A stretch of 64,000 nt of DNA from a virus (IMGVR_UViG_3300033066_000581:1-64000), one strand, 5' to 3'; shown: positions 1-9,727, counted from the first letter of the stretch. Numbers and translations are program-made. Notes: generated by a model not told the origin, from the letters alone.

Positions 1-183
1 TAATTCCATAGAGAAATAGAACGGCGATGCCAATGGGGAGGAGCATGGGGAGATATTCTGCGATATTCATATTCTTAGTAGTCCAGTTCGTCGATTAGAA
101 TTCGCTTAATTCCATAGAGAAATAGAACGGCGATGCCAATGGGGAGGAGCATGGGGAGATATTCTGCGATATTCATATTCTTA
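1..183. repeat. 77-bp exact direct repeat (1-77 = 107-183), period 106 bp
   Basis: taattccatagagaaatagaacggcg...attcatattctta occurs at 1 and again at 107. Confidence 0.95.
75..176 (-). CDS. 33-aa single-TM peptide (MNIAEYLPMLLPIGIAVLFLYGIKRILIDELDY); a second copy begins at 70 and runs off the window
   Basis: Hand-translated; ATG lies 6 nt below the -10 box of the conserved early promoter; hydrophobic core. Confidence 0.6.
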   Translation of the reverse strand: MNIAEYLPMLLPIGIAVLFLYGIKRILIDELDY

Positions 184-211
184 TCATATCACATCTGCCA
201 AATAAGTACAT
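183..211 (-). promoter_or_regulatory. Early promoter ATGTAC-N17-TATGAT, leaderless spacing
   Basis: Same motif and spacing as 5 other copies; resembles the T4 early consensus GTTTAC-N17-TAnnAT. Confidence 0.75.
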
Positions 212-1608
212 CAAGAAAATGAGCCAAAGTCTCTTTTTTTAGTTTTCTTTGAGCGCTCAAAGTCTTCATGGCCGAACCCTGTATTATCCATCACAGGGCC
301 ATCCATAAGATCCCGTTGGGCTTCAGGGTCGACGTCATAGAGTCTCATCCGAGCCTTGTCCACACCAACAATGAACCGTTTGTATTTGTTGATATCGCCA
401 TAACGGCTCTTGAGTTGTTTGAACATGAATTGGTTCAAGGCAGCCATATCCTCATCCTGCATAACGGCACACATGAAATCGACTGTTGAGTTCAGACCAT
501 AAGACTCAGACGTCTCTGATAGTTCGAGGTCAGAGTTCCCATAACCGGTTCGGTTGGTCTGGGTAGCTGACTCGATGGGGATACCAAGCTCCGTAGCTAG
601 GCCTCGGATTTCTTCAGCGATGGCCTTGACGTAGGTGTTGGTGTTGACCGATCCGCCCATCTTGATCCTCGAGGACGTACAGAGGTTCAGATAGTCGATA
701 TAGATGATGTCCGGGATGAACTTTTTCTTGAGCCTCAGCTCATTGATCATATGGCGGAAGTGGCCAACGTGCGCACCGGCCGCTGGATATTCCTTGATGA
801 TCAGTTTACCCTGAGTCTTGGCTCTTAGGCGATCGCCCTTCTTGAGATACGTGGATTTATCCAGCATCTCTAGTTCATCCAACGGGATATTCAGGAGGTT
901 GGCATCGATCCGTTCAGCGATCCGTTCCTCGGCCATCTCTAGGGTGATATAGAGAACGTTCAACCCCTGGAGAAGATCATGGGCTGCATTATTGCACATG
1001 ATCAGGCTCTTTCCGATACCGGTCGGAGCTAGCCAGAGATTGAGAGTCTTGGGCAGGCGGCCACCACGAGTAATTCGGTTCAGCATCTCAATACCATACG
1101 GGATTCTGTTGAGAACCTCATGGTTGGTATCAAACCTACCCTCAAAAGATTCGAGGTAGTCATGCCCGATGTTGGTATCGAAGGTGACAGCCAAAGCATC
1201 TGACATAATCTTGGGGATCATCCCTCGGCCGACGCCCGTATCACCCTTGTCGTCGATGATCTTGATGGCGGCCATAATGGCGTTATACATCGCCTTGTCC
1301 TGACACCACTTCTCGGTGGTATCCAGCAACCATGATTCCTCAGTTAATTCATCAGCCTCAAACCCGATGACTGCCTTCTTACAGGTTTCGAACTCATCAC
1401 TAGAAAGATTGTCCAGGTTAGATAGATCGATCAGCAACGCTTCCTTGGTAGGAATGCTGTTGTATTTCTTTACGTAGTTGTCGATCGCAGTAAAGAGTGT
1501 CTGGTCTTCTTTATTACCAAAGTATTCAAGTTGCAAGAACGGTAGCACCTTCCTGGCAAAATCTTCTTTTGCTAGGAGGTGCGCAAAGATGGTGTGTTCA
1601 ATCGACAA
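211..1608 (-). CDS. gp41: Replicative DnaB-like helicase, T4 gp41
   Basis: Walker A APTGIGKS, LYITLEMAEERIAERIDANL, YIDYL, SATQTNR, KQLKSRY. Confidence 0.96.
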   Translation of the reverse strand: MSIEHTIFAHLLAKEDFARKVLPFLQLEYFGNKEDQTLFTAIDNYVKKYNSIPTKEALLIDLSNLDNLSSDEFETCKKAVIGFEADELTEESWLLDTTEKWCQDKAMYNAIMAAIKIIDDKGDTGVGRGMIPKIMSDALAVTFDTNIGHDYLESFEGRFDTNHEVLNRIPYGIEMLNRITRGGRLPKTLNLWLAPTGIGKSLIMCNNAAHDLLQGLNVLYITLEMAEERIAERIDANLLNIPLDELEMLDKSTYLKKGDRLRAKTQGKLIIKEYPAAGAHVGHFRHMINELRLKKKFIPDIIYIDYLNLCTSSRIKMGGSVNTNTYVKAIAEEIRGLATELGIPIESATQTNRTGYGNSDLELSETSESYGLNSTVDFMCAVMQDEDMAALNQFMFKQLKSRYGDINKYKRFIVGVDKARMRLYDVDPEAQRDLMDGPVMDNTGFGHEDFERSKKTKKRDFGSFS

Positions 1609-1647
1609 GATTGACCATTCCTTTCAGGTGTGTGGTGGATGGTTTAG

Positions 1648-2724
1648 TTATTCGCCCAGAGCCTCGACTTCATCGGCAAAGTCGGTCTCATTCATGATAT
1701 TATTCTCGCTGAGGATGAATTCCTTCTTGATCCACGCAGAGAAGTCTGTAGTCCTGAACACCTTAAACCAAAAGTCGTTGTTGTTCTTGATATCAGCTTC
1801 TTTATAGATGATATCAGGTTCAGACGCTAGGGCATAGTTGCCTTTACTTGGCTTGATGACATACTTACCTTCTACTGCAAGGTCAAGCATCCCGGACCAG
1901 CGACGAATACCACCATCGAATGAGACAGTGATAGGAAACTTGGACTTTTCCTTGACGTGACGAGACTTCTCAATGTTGATGATAAACTCATAACCGGCCA
2001 GTTCATCGCCATCCTTGTCTTGACGGCGGCCGATAGTCCAAATCTCGTTGGCAGAATAGTAGATGCCAGTCCCACCGGAGACAACGGTCTTCGAATACAT
2101 CTCTTGGGTCATATACGTGTGGTTGACCACCTTCATGGGAATGTCCTTGATGGTCAAGTGCGGGGTGACCATCCGGAACAGGGACTTGAGCTGCTTGGCT
2201 CTGGTCATGTCTGCAACGGATTTTCCTGCCAGGGCATCGTCAACTTCTTTCTTGGACGCCAGATTACCAACCGAGTCGACAACGATCATCACCTTATCCT
2301 TTCTGGTTAGTCCAGAAAGTTGAGCCATGATGTCCATCTTCAGCTCTTCGATGTCGGTGATCGGCGTATGGACGATCCGACCCATATCGATATTGAAGGC
2401 TGTGAAATACTCACCAGGTGTCCCGAATTCTGAGTCGTAGAACAGAACCATGCCTTCGGGTTCCTGGGCTAGATACGCCTGAATTTCCAGGACAGCGAAC
2501 AAGGACTTGAAGTGCTTGGATGGACCGGCGATCACGTGGAGGCCTGAGGAGAACCCTCCAGCCACGTCTCCAGAGTGGGCAATATTCAGCATGGGGATCT
2601 TGGTTCGATAATGCGTAGACTTACCAAAGATCACACTGTCTTGAATCATGGCAGTCAACTTGATAGTCGACTTGGCTAGCATTCGATCTTTCAAGGATAC
2701 TGCGGGTTCTTTACTCTTTGCCAT
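1648..2724 (-). CDS. uvsX: RecA-like recombinase UvsX
   Basis: AGPSKHFKS, FYDSEFG, DSVGNLASKKE, ADMTRAK, SGGTGIYYSA. Confidence 0.96.
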   Translation of the reverse strand: MAKSKEPAVSLKDRMLAKSTIKLTAMIQDSVIFGKSTHYRTKIPMLNIAHSGDVAGGFSSGLHVIAGPSKHFKSLFAVLEIQAYLAQEPEGMVLFYDSEFGTPGEYFTAFNIDMGRIVHTPITDIEELKMDIMAQLSGLTRKDKVMIVVDSVGNLASKKEVDDALAGKSVADMTRAKQLKSLFRMVTPHLTIKDIPMKVVNHTYMTQEMYSKTVVSGGTGIYYSANEIWTIGRRQDKDGDELAGYEFIINIEKSRHVKEKSKFPITVSFDGGIRRWSGMLDLAVEGKYVIKPSKGNYALASEPDIIYKEADIKNNNDFWFKVFRTTDFSAWIKKEFILSENNIMNETDFADEVEALGE

Positions 2725-3073
2725 ATGTTTCTGCTTCCTCTTTGATTAACGTTTGTAGGTCTTCACGGAACTGCCTGATGCGTTCCTGTCTGTTGGGCCA
2801 ATGGATATAGTCCTTATCCGGGTTATCTTCAAGCTTTTTAAGCAACGGATTGATCTTGTCGAAGATCTTGATCATACTCATCTTGACGTTCTTTGGGTTG
2901 GCTTCAATCACGGCAACAACATCTTCAGCATTTACTGCTGAGAACCCGAAATCATCATCTGCCATGGTTGCTTTTCCTTTTGCTCTCATTTCTTCAATAC
3001 ACTCTGGGCATAATGGATCAAATCCATGGGATTGCCCACCATGCCAATATTCTGATGCTCTATCATGGCTCAT
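2711..3073 (-). CDS. Conserved T4-like hypothetical protein (start may be the internal MADDDFGFS)
   Basis: DFGFSAV and NPDKDYIHWPNR motifs recalled from T4-like phages; overlaps neighbouring stop/start codons. Confidence 0.6.
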   Translation of the reverse strand: MSHDRASEYWHGGQSHGFDPLCPECIEEMRAKGKATMADDDFGFSAVNAEDVVAVIEANPKNVKMSMIKIFDKINPLLKKLEDNPDKDYIHWPNRQERIRQFREDLQTLIKEEAETYGKE

Positions 3074-4191
3074 GAGAAGAAATCCATGAGAGTAGAGCGC
3101 TTTTCAGTTTCCCAACCGATAGCTTTTGCGATGATTGTAATTGGGTCAAGGAATGCCTTCTCAAACTGTTTGTCATAATCAATGTAAGGCTCAAGCTCAA
3201 ACTCCTTGGGCAGAGTGCCAGGAGTAGATATCACGGTAGCCATGAACGGATTTGGGGTCTTGAGGTAGGCGTATTTGATCTTGTCGCCATCGAAGATCCC
3301 TTCATACTTATCTGTCAGACCGAGCTTTCCAAGGAAGTGGTTGAAATATAACGCACCTTTAACATTGATCGGGGTCCCAGACTTGTAGATGGTATATTTG
3401 TCCTGCCATTTCTTCAGGTCGTTAACGGACCTAGGAGATGCAACCTCGGCGTATGGCAAAGTCTTGAACTTCTCTCTGAAATCGACGATATATTTCTGGA
3501 AGTCCGCTTCGGTTCCGTTCATCATGATGCCCAAGGCTTCCTTGATGGACTTCTGACAGCCGATAGGAGTTGATGATTTTACTGCCTCGATGCCGGTGAT
3601 CTTGAGCTTGGGTTTGGCATATGCCACGCCCTCGGAGTTATAGACGTTCAGGATGTAACGCTTCTTAGCCGTCCAGATGCCGCGGTCGGCCAAGGACTCA
3701 CGTTTCATCTTCATCTTTTGAGCGAAGCCGTTCACATAGACACGGAACTCCTCATAGGATTTCTCGATGAACGGCTCCATGACCTTCTGACAGAAGGTGT
3801 CCAGATACTTGATCACCTTGTCTGTATTCTTCTGGTCTTCCTCAGACATAACGTCTTTGATTAACTGGTCAAAGCAGATATAGACAGAGTCTGTGTCGAC
3901 GGCAATAACGTAATCGACTGCTCCAGTCTTCAACGCCTTGTTCAGGTATACATTGATCTTATTCTCGATCCAACGGATAGCCAGTTGGCCAGACATAGTA
4001 ATGGCTTCAGCCAATCGATTATCAAACCAGCGGAAATAGCGGTTTGCGCATGCCCCATAGCCTGAATTCAGAAAGATCTTCTTGGCCATCTGCATGTTAT
4101 TATATCTTGCAATGTCTTTATTGTTTTGGTGATATAATTCCAACAATTCTTTGTCAGATAGCTTTTTTACGTCTGGGTTTTGGATTTCCAC
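3070..4191 (-). CDS. gp43: PolB DNA polymerase C-terminal subunit (gp43B)
   Basis: Motif B KKIFLNSGYG, motif C DTDS, KKRY, GIEAVKSSTP, clamp-binding C-terminus TLMDFF; GGAGA RBS before the GTG start. Confidence 0.93.
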   Translation of the reverse strand: MEIQNPDVKKLSDKELLELYHQNNKDIARYNNMQMAKKIFLNSGYGACANRYFRWFDNRLAEAITMSGQLAIRWIENKINVYLNKALKTGAVDYVIAVDTDSVYICFDQLIKDVMSEEDQKNTDKVIKYLDTFCQKVMEPFIEKSYEEFRVYVNGFAQKMKMKRESLADRGIWTAKKRYILNVYNSEGVAYAKPKLKITGIEAVKSSTPIGCQKSIKEALGIMMNGTEADFQKYIVDFREKFKTLPYAEVASPRSVNDLKKWQDKYTIYKSGTPINVKGALYFNHFLGKLGLTDKYEGIFDGDKIKYAYLKTPNPFMATVISTPGTLPKEFELEPYIDYDKQFEKAFLDPITIIAKAIGWETEKRSTLMDFFS

Positions 4192-4864
4192 GCTCTCCTA
4201 ATCCTTTGCAGGTTAAACTACAATATTTTTTATGTTTACTGGATGCTACAACATACATTGGAGTATTGCACGATTGACAATATAGTGTTATTCTATTACT
4301 CTTTCTGGGTCCGATAATTTTAGCTGTTTGTAGATGTTTAGGCTTTATTATCTTGTATTCACTGAGAATTTTCTTCATGTATACATCAGAAATACCAAAG
4401 TGATTTGCTAACTCCACTCTATCTTTGTTTTCGATTACGTAAAGCTGAAATAATTCATCATATGATGTTTGAATTTTTCGCCGGCTTTTGCAAAGCTTTC
4501 TATAGCTATCTTTGGTTTCTTGAGACCATGGTTTTTGTGTTCCCTTTATTCCACCAATTTGATCAGAAATATTTAAAAGTGGTCCACCGGAATTAAACGT
4601 TTTCAGCTCATTTATTAGTTCGTATTCAAAAACCAGCGCTTCGTTCTCTTCATCAAATTCCTTCAATTTGATGACAATTGGGGGATTTCCAGCTTCCATC
4701 AGTTCTTTTATTTTTCCATAAAAATAAGGATTAACCGTTTTGTGAGGAGATCTCCAAGCACTTGGTTTGGTGTGAGAATTCATTCTATATTCTTGACCCT
4801 TACCGATGTAAAAGGGTATTTTTGTGTTTGGATCAGAATACTGATATACGTAATATTTTTTCAT
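4154..4864 (-). mobile_element. Free-standing GIY-YIG homing endonuclease between gp43A and gp43B (probable start ATG 4864)
   Basis: YVYQY...FYIGKG..R..SH; C-terminal CxxC...CxxxC; AT-rich relative to flanks. Confidence 0.85.
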
Positions 4865-4899
4865 TTGTAGAACCTTGTTTATACCCACAAATATTTATA
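4863..4899 (-). promoter_or_regulatory. Late promoter TATAAATA (4892-4899) plus hairpin ATTTGTGG/CTACAAAT covering the HEG start codon
   Basis: Exact T4 late consensus overlapping the gp43A stop; 8-bp stem with one G:U. Confidence 0.75.
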
Positions 4900-6385
4900 C
4901 AGTATTTAATCCTCTAGAATGCATTTCTTCTAAAATGATTTCACGAATTTTCTCTGATTCTAGTTTCTTCTTTTTGAATTCACTCCGATCAGCATAAATT
5001 CTTTCCATGATTTCAGATAAAAACCCCTGGTGGTCTAACGTGTAATATGTCCCATTCCCGGCAATAGTAACGTTCTCTTCTTTCATGAAATCGGAATACT
5101 TAGACAGATCTCCGCTTAGAAGATCATCCACACTTAATGTTTCATTAATTCTACCTTTAAGTGTTTCCGGGGATATATTCATTTCCTGTACTAACATCGG
5201 GTAAAGCGAGTTCAGGTCAAAGCTAGCAACCCAGTTATACATCCCAGGGACTGGTTGCTTGACGTGGCCACCAACGATCGTATCAAAGTTGGTAGACTCC
5301 TTGAACTGGTGGACAACGATCCTACGATCCATCAAGAAGTTATGGATAAGAGCATCCCAAGGTCTGACCGTTGCTAGGGTATCGTTATAGTTCACCTTGG
5401 CGTCATAGGCCATGGCCATGACCAGCTCAATAAGCTTCATCTTGTCATCAAGCTTATCGACAAGCTCAACGTCGCGGATGTTGTATTCGGTATAAAGCTG
5501 GAAGTTCTGTTCGTAGAGATCCTGGAGGGTTGCGTACCCCTCTGAAGTATAGTCCAGCTTTCGCTCATCAAGTTCAATGAAGGCGATATGGTCTAGCTTA
5601 TAGGATTCTTGGTTGGTGTATGTGAATTTCTGGTAGAGTGCCAGATAGTCTAGGATGGAGATACCAACTAGCTCATAGACGCGTTGGGTACGACCACGGA
5701 TGCGTACTTCACGACTGTCGATCGTCCTCCATGGTGACATTCTGTTGGCATGTTCTTCACCCAGGATCCTGTTGATCCGGTTGACGAGCATGGGAATATC
5801 ATAGAAGTCGATGTTCCAGCCGGTCAGAATATCAGGATGCAGCTCGTTCCAGATCGTTAAGAATGACATGAGCATGGCGCGTTCGTCGACGCACCGGTAG
5901 TACTGGATATTGGGGGCATGAACCTTATATTCACCACACCCGAAGACGACCTTCTTGCCATTCTTCGAAAGGGTGATCAGGGTAATCTCGCCATCAGCAT
6001 TCTCAACTGATGCGAAGGATCCCTTGTCATTCTTGGCAACTTCGATATCGAGGCTGACTACAGATACCAGGGACGGATCATATTTGATCTCTCCATGATA
6101 CTTGTCATAGAGATAGACATACTCGAAACGGTCTAGACCGAAGATCTCAAAGTTATCAACGCCTTCATACTTCTTGATGAACTGTCGTGCATCCCACATG
6201 GTGTTGAACCAACGCTGCTCAACGTTCCTGCCATCTAGGGTTCGAAACCCGGTTGGGTTCTCTGTGGGAAGGAAGAGATATGGTTCATACCTTTCCTTGT
6301 GAGAGAACGGTTTTCCGTTGTCGTATCCGGTTACTAGGAGGTCCTTGCCGTTTCTAGCTCTGTGCACATTTGTATAGAATTTCAA
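4895..6385 (-). CDS. gp43: PolB DNA polymerase N-terminal subunit (gp43A: exonuclease plus motif A)
   Basis: Exo motifs DIEV, TGWNIDFYD, SYKLDHIA, YNIRDV; motif A SFDLNSLYP; ends in the fingers helix. Confidence 0.94.
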   Translation of the reverse strand: MKFYTNVHRARNGKDLLVTGYDNGKPFSHKERYEPYLFLPTENPTGFRTLDGRNVEQRWFNTMWDARQFIKKYEGVDNFEIFGLDRFEYVYLYDKYHGEIKYDPSLVSVVSLDIEVAKNDKGSFASVENADGEITLITLSKNGKKVVFGCGEYKVHAPNIQYYRCVDERAMLMSFLTIWNELHPDILTGWNIDFYDIPMLVNRINRILGEEHANRMSPWRTIDSREVRIRGRTQRVYELVGISILDYLALYQKFTYTNQESYKLDHIAFIELDERKLDYTSEGYATLQDLYEQNFQLYTEYNIRDVELVDKLDDKMKLIELVMAMAYDAKVNYNDTLATVRPWDALIHNFLMDRRIVVHQFKESTNFDTIVGGHVKQPVPGMYNWVASFDLNSLYPMLVQEMNISPETLKGRINETLSVDDLLSGDLSKYSDFMKEENVTIAGNGTYYTLDHQGFLSEIMERIYADRSEFKKKKLESEKIREIILEEMHSRGLNTV

Positions 6386-6409
6386 ACAGTTAGCTCCAAT
6401 TGCATGATC

Positions 6410-6439
6410 ATTATATCATAGATATGAGACCAAGTACAC
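6410..6439 (-). promoter_or_regulatory. Early promoter GTGTAC-N18-TATAAT upstream of gp43A (leadered, GGAG RBS)
   Basis: Same -35 hexamer and TGn extended -10 as the other copies. Confidence 0.75.
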
Positions 6440-6441
6440 AG

Positions 6442-6472
6442 AAAAAAGCGGCCAGGATCGCTCCCAGCCGCT
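6442..6472 (-). terminator. Rho-independent terminator
   Basis: AGCGGCTGGGA-GCGA-TCCTGGCCGC followed by TTTTTT on the minus strand. Confidence 0.85.
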
Positions 6473-6526
6473 GACCTACTAAATATAGTAGTCTTGGCCC
6501 TTAAAATACATAGGCCTTTCGAAAAT

Positions 6527-7099
6527 TTAATTCAGAGTCCAACGAAAATCAATCACGGACGTAAGAGACACTTGGCCGCGTATAACCGTAGCCAGATCCC
6601 CTACGATACGCGTATAAACCCTGCCGCCATCGATATACGTATTTCCGCCTCCACGGAAGGCCCTGAAATCGTGATTTGATTGAGAGATGATCACTTCGGC
6701 GGTGCTTGGGTTCATGATGCCAGCCATCGGCAATTCAAATGCCGATTTTCCATTAATGATATAGATCTCTTCGGGTCTGCCAGCATAATCAATAGGGCCA
6801 ATGGCTATACCAAAGAAGTGTGAATGGCCTAGGGCGACATTCGGTTCAGGTTGGAAGAAGATGCGGCATGCTGAACCATTCGCGAGTTCCCAAACCCCCA
6901 TATAGAAGGCCTTATAGCGCTCTTCAACCTTACGTTCGAAGGGCCCGGCTTTATCCAACATTAGCCATGGACGGCCGGCCCGAATAGAGTTTTCAATTCT
7001 ATGCGGATCATCATAGTATGACATCATCAAATCATAGGCGACGCCATCAGCTGATTGATATACCATGATCAACGGCGAAGCAGTTTTATTAGACATCAA
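6527..7099 (-). CDS. Hypothetical protein
   Basis: 190-aa ORF coupled to the upstream ORF; C-terminal HDFR...YIDGGR motif. Confidence 0.6.
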   Translation of the reverse strand: MMSNKTASPLIMVYQSADGVAYDLMMSYYDDPHRIENSIRAGRPWLMLDKAGPFERKVEERYKAFYMGVWELANGSACRIFFQPEPNVALGHSHFFGIAIGPIDYAGRPEEIYIINGKSAFELPMAGIMNPSTAEVIISQSNHDFRAFRGGGNTYIDGGRVYTRIVGDLATVIRGQVSLTSVIDFRWTLN

Positions 7100-7320
7100 A
7101 AATGCTCTTCAGCATCGTCATCAGGAGTGTGGTTGAATTCGGCGTCCCACTCCTCGGCAGTCACACCAGTCATAATAAATTCACGTTCATCTGGAGTCAG
7201 GTGCGGCATGGCATCCTGAATCATGGTTCCGGTTCGCCATGCATACAGCTGCGCTTCCGTGACATCGATGTCACGAGTGTGAACCTTGCCGGTGAACATC
7301 GATTCCTTGGTGATAAGCAT
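7096..7320 (-). CDS. Conserved small phage hypothetical protein
   Basis: SMFTGKVHTRDIDVT...IQDAMPHLTPDEREFIMTG.T.EEW, recalled as a widespread phage family. Confidence 0.7.
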   Translation of the reverse strand: MLITKESMFTGKVHTRDIDVTEAQLYAWRTGTMIQDAMPHLTPDEREFIMTGVTAEEWDAEFNHTPDDDAEEHF

Positions 7321-7397
7321 TATTATAGCCTCTTAACAATTTGGATTAGGATTACTACAGCAACACAGCCAGCGGCGATGTAGAACAGAAATGTCAT

Positions 7398-7571
7398 CTA
7401 GAACCAGCCAGAGCACCATGCGCCCATGGCTACAAAGATGATGATGCTAGTCGTAAACAGGAGGGCAAGGATAATATCAAACAAGGCCCAGCGCAAGAAT
7501 GCCATGATATCCTTACTAACTGCTTTCAGTTCGTCGGTCGACATCGACGCCAATTGATGAATAAATTCCAT
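7398..7571 (-). CDS. Small membrane protein (57 aa)
   Basis: Hand-translated MEFIHQ...ALFDIILALLFTTSIIIFVAMGAW; fills the operon gap; followed by a 24-codon hydrophobic ORF at 7323-7397. Confidence 0.5.
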   Translation of the reverse strand: MEFIHQLASMSTDELKAVSKDIMAFLRWALFDIILALLFTTSIIIFVAMGAWCSGWF

Positions 7572-7580
7572 TTTGTTTTC

Positions 7581-7781
7581 CTAGGTCCATTCATACCAAA
7601 AATCTGCCCGACGGTCATAGTGATCGCGGAAATTCTCATATTTAATAGCCAGCCATTGCTGATCGCGTTTCTCAGCCAACCAGGCCTTCCGGTTATACTT
7701 CCGAGCGCGGTTCATATAGGAATACTTCCGTGGAACACGATCAGGCTTAATTTGGGAGGCGTAGTAGTTTTCGGTTTGCAT
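7581..7781 (-). CDS. Hypothetical protein
   Basis: GGAG-like RBS and operon position. Confidence 0.5.
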   Translation of the reverse strand: MQTENYYASQIKPDRVPRKYSYMNRARKYNRKAWLAEKRDQQWLAIKYENFRDHYDRRADFWYEWT

Positions 7782-7792
7782 TTTGATTTCTC

Positions 7793-8281
7793 TTAAGGAA
7801 GAAGCTTCTTGAGTAGCGCGCCGCCGGCTGCATATTCAGCAGCCTTAGCCTTCAGGATGGTATAGAACTTGGCATACTTGGCCAGACGGTCAAGATCCTT
7901 TTGTTCCACACCCTTGAGGCGCCGGAAGTCTGAGTTGTGAGTCAGGTCGGCGAGCTTGACCCGAACAGCATCATAGTTGGCCAGAACCTTCTCTTGATAC
8001 TCTTCGTAGGTTTCACCTTCGATCTTCGTCAGGGCGACGATGGCGTTAACCACCCTGGCCGAGAACCCAGCCACGATCAAATGTGCGGCCGTGATATGGG
8101 TGTCTTCGACCAGATCATGGCCGACAGCAACACAGTTGAGTTCTTCGTCCTCAGAATCGAGGATCCTCATCACGGCTAGCGGATGGAGAAAATACGGATG
8201 ACCGCCCTTATCATATTGGTTCGCATGGGCATCAGCCGCAATCTGAATCATACAGGCTAGTTTAGTTTGGTTCTTGGTCAT
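7793..8281 (-). CDS. HD-domain RelA/SpoT-type hydrolase (small alarmone hydrolase-like)
   Basis: AH..Q.DKGG.PY..HP, GHDLVEDT, VKLADLTHN. Confidence 0.85.
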   Translation of the reverse strand: MTKNQTKLACMIQIAADAHANQYDKGGHPYFLHPLAVMRILDSEDEELNCVAVGHDLVEDTHITAAHLIVAGFSARVVNAIVALTKIEGETYEEYQEKVLANYDAVRVKLADLTHNSDFRRLKGVEQKDLDRLAKYAKFYTILKAKAAEYAAGGALLKKLLP

Positions 8282-8287
8282 ATTCTT

Positions 8288-8316
8288 ATCATATCATAAC
8301 CGGCAAATAAGTACAC
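8288..8316 (-). promoter_or_regulatory. Early promoter GTGTAC-N17-TATGAT-N6-ATG (leaderless)
   Basis: Repeated motif; ATG at 8281. Confidence 0.85.
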
Positions 8317-8320
8317 CACT

Positions 8321-8719
8321 TTATGAAAAAACTCCATAGCCACCGATATCTAGCCATGGACTTGTATCTTGAACCAAGTACCATTCCATGGTTGGTTCAC
8401 CGGCATGGGCGATCATCATCCAAAGTCTGACATATTCTTCTGGGCCAATATAAGCTTCTTCGCCATCCTCGCTTGGATTGACATACATGGGATCGACGAT
8501 AATTCCATGATTCTTTAAAGTTTCGATGTGCCATGAAGAAAGACAATTCTCTTCATATCCTCCGCAGAGCGCTTCAATATTAACGCCGATCTTTTCAACA
8601 CCTTTGGAATAAGCAGCTGATAAATTTGGAACCGGTTCCTTAATCTCTACGACGTAGGTTTCACTTTTACCATGGCCATCATCTGACCAATCACCAACAC
8701 ACAATCTAACCTTGGTCAT
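8321..8719 (-). CDS. Hypothetical protein
   Basis: GDWSDDGHGK...IGGYG phage-type motifs; RBS present. Confidence 0.65.
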   Translation of the reverse strand: MTKVRLCVGDWSDDGHGKSETYVVEIKEPVPNLSAAYSKGVEKIGVNIEALCGGYEENCLSSWHIETLKNHGIIVDPMYVNPSEDGEEAYIGPEEYVRLWMMIAHAGEPTMEWYLVQDTSPWLDIGGYGVFS

Positions 8720-8722
8720 TTT

Positions 8723-9727
8723 CTATTCTCCTACCTTATAATGAAACATCGGTTGTTCCAGTTGCATCTTACGGTCTTCACCAACTGATTCTACTGTGGC
8801 TTGGATGAAATCTTCCCATTCGGCGGCCCGGATATCCCAGCTATAGAAGATCTTGGCGTACGCTGCCTGAGACATGAGCTTTTGAGCCATCGGCTCTGAT
8901 TTGGTTCTAATGGCCACGATGGCCATCTCGAGAGCTCTCATAAAGATCCCAGCATGCTCGCGAATGTCCTCCTGGAACTGGTACATCAAAGTCCAGTTCG
9001 CTGCAGTCTCTGGGAGCGCTCCCAGATTAGGATGGACACACAGGAGGCCGGCGGCCATCGATTCCATAAGAACTAGGCATGAGGTTTCCAGCCAGGTGCA
9101 TGGGTAGGCCAGGATATGGCTTCGCTTCAGGGCTTCACGGATCTCATCATTCGAGACCGACCCATGATAATTGACTCCCGGAGTATTTCGGGCTTGGTCG
9201 AAGAGGGCCTCGTAATCCTTGTCCCGATCATCCCAACCATAGAGGCTGAAGGACGAATAGATGTCCAGCTCGATATCGTCGTATTTCTCAACGAGCTTGG
9301 CAAACACTGCCAACAGGATATTCAGACCACGGTGTGGAGTGGAGAAGTAGATAAGACGAATCTTATCGGTCGGCTTCTCGTGATCTGGGAACCGCTGGAT
9401 GGCGTTCTTCATCACCTCACAGACTCCCCATGGAATCTTGTAGTATGAAATGTATGCCTGGAGTTGCCAGTTCGACACAAAGACTAGCTTATGGAACTTC
9501 TTCCAGCCGCCATCCTTCAGGAAGTCTGACTCCGGATCTCCAGGTAGATCATGCGCCCAGAAGATACGAACCTTGTCATCTTCCAGTTCTCGCAGGCGAG
9601 ATACGGTGATCTGTGTTTGGTCGTAGATATCTGGAACCGCACCCCTGAGGTGATTATCCAGAGCATATTTCATCAGCTCTGTTCCTCCCATGGCGTTCTT
9701 GGATAGGTTGTCTGTTGTTACTGCCAT
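8723..9727 (-). CDS. Glycosyltransferase, GT-B (GT4-like)
   Basis: GGTE, WAHD, YFSTPHRGL, YPCTWLETSCLVLMESMAAG, GALPET. Confidence 0.88.
   Translation of the reverse strand: MAVTTDNLSKNAMGGTELMKYALDNHLRGAVPDIYDQTQITVSRLRELEDDKVRIFWAHDLPGDPESDFLKDGGWKKFHKLVFVSNWQLQAYISYYKIPWGVCEVMKNAIQRFPDHEKPTDKIRLIYFSTPHRGLNILLAVFAKLVEKYDDIELDIYSSFSLYGWDDRDKDYEALFDQARNTPGVNYHGSVSNDEIREALKRSHILAYPCTWLETSCLVLMESMAAGLLCVHPNLGALPETAANWTLMYQFQEDIREHAGIFMRALEMAIVAIRTKSEPMAQKLMSQAAYAKIFYSWDIRAAEWEDFIQATVESVGEDRKMQLEQPMFHYKVGE

Noticed and set aside
4154-4894. Group I intron in gp43
   Set aside because: No non-coding space or P/Q/R/S elements seen; both halves have their own stop, RBS and start
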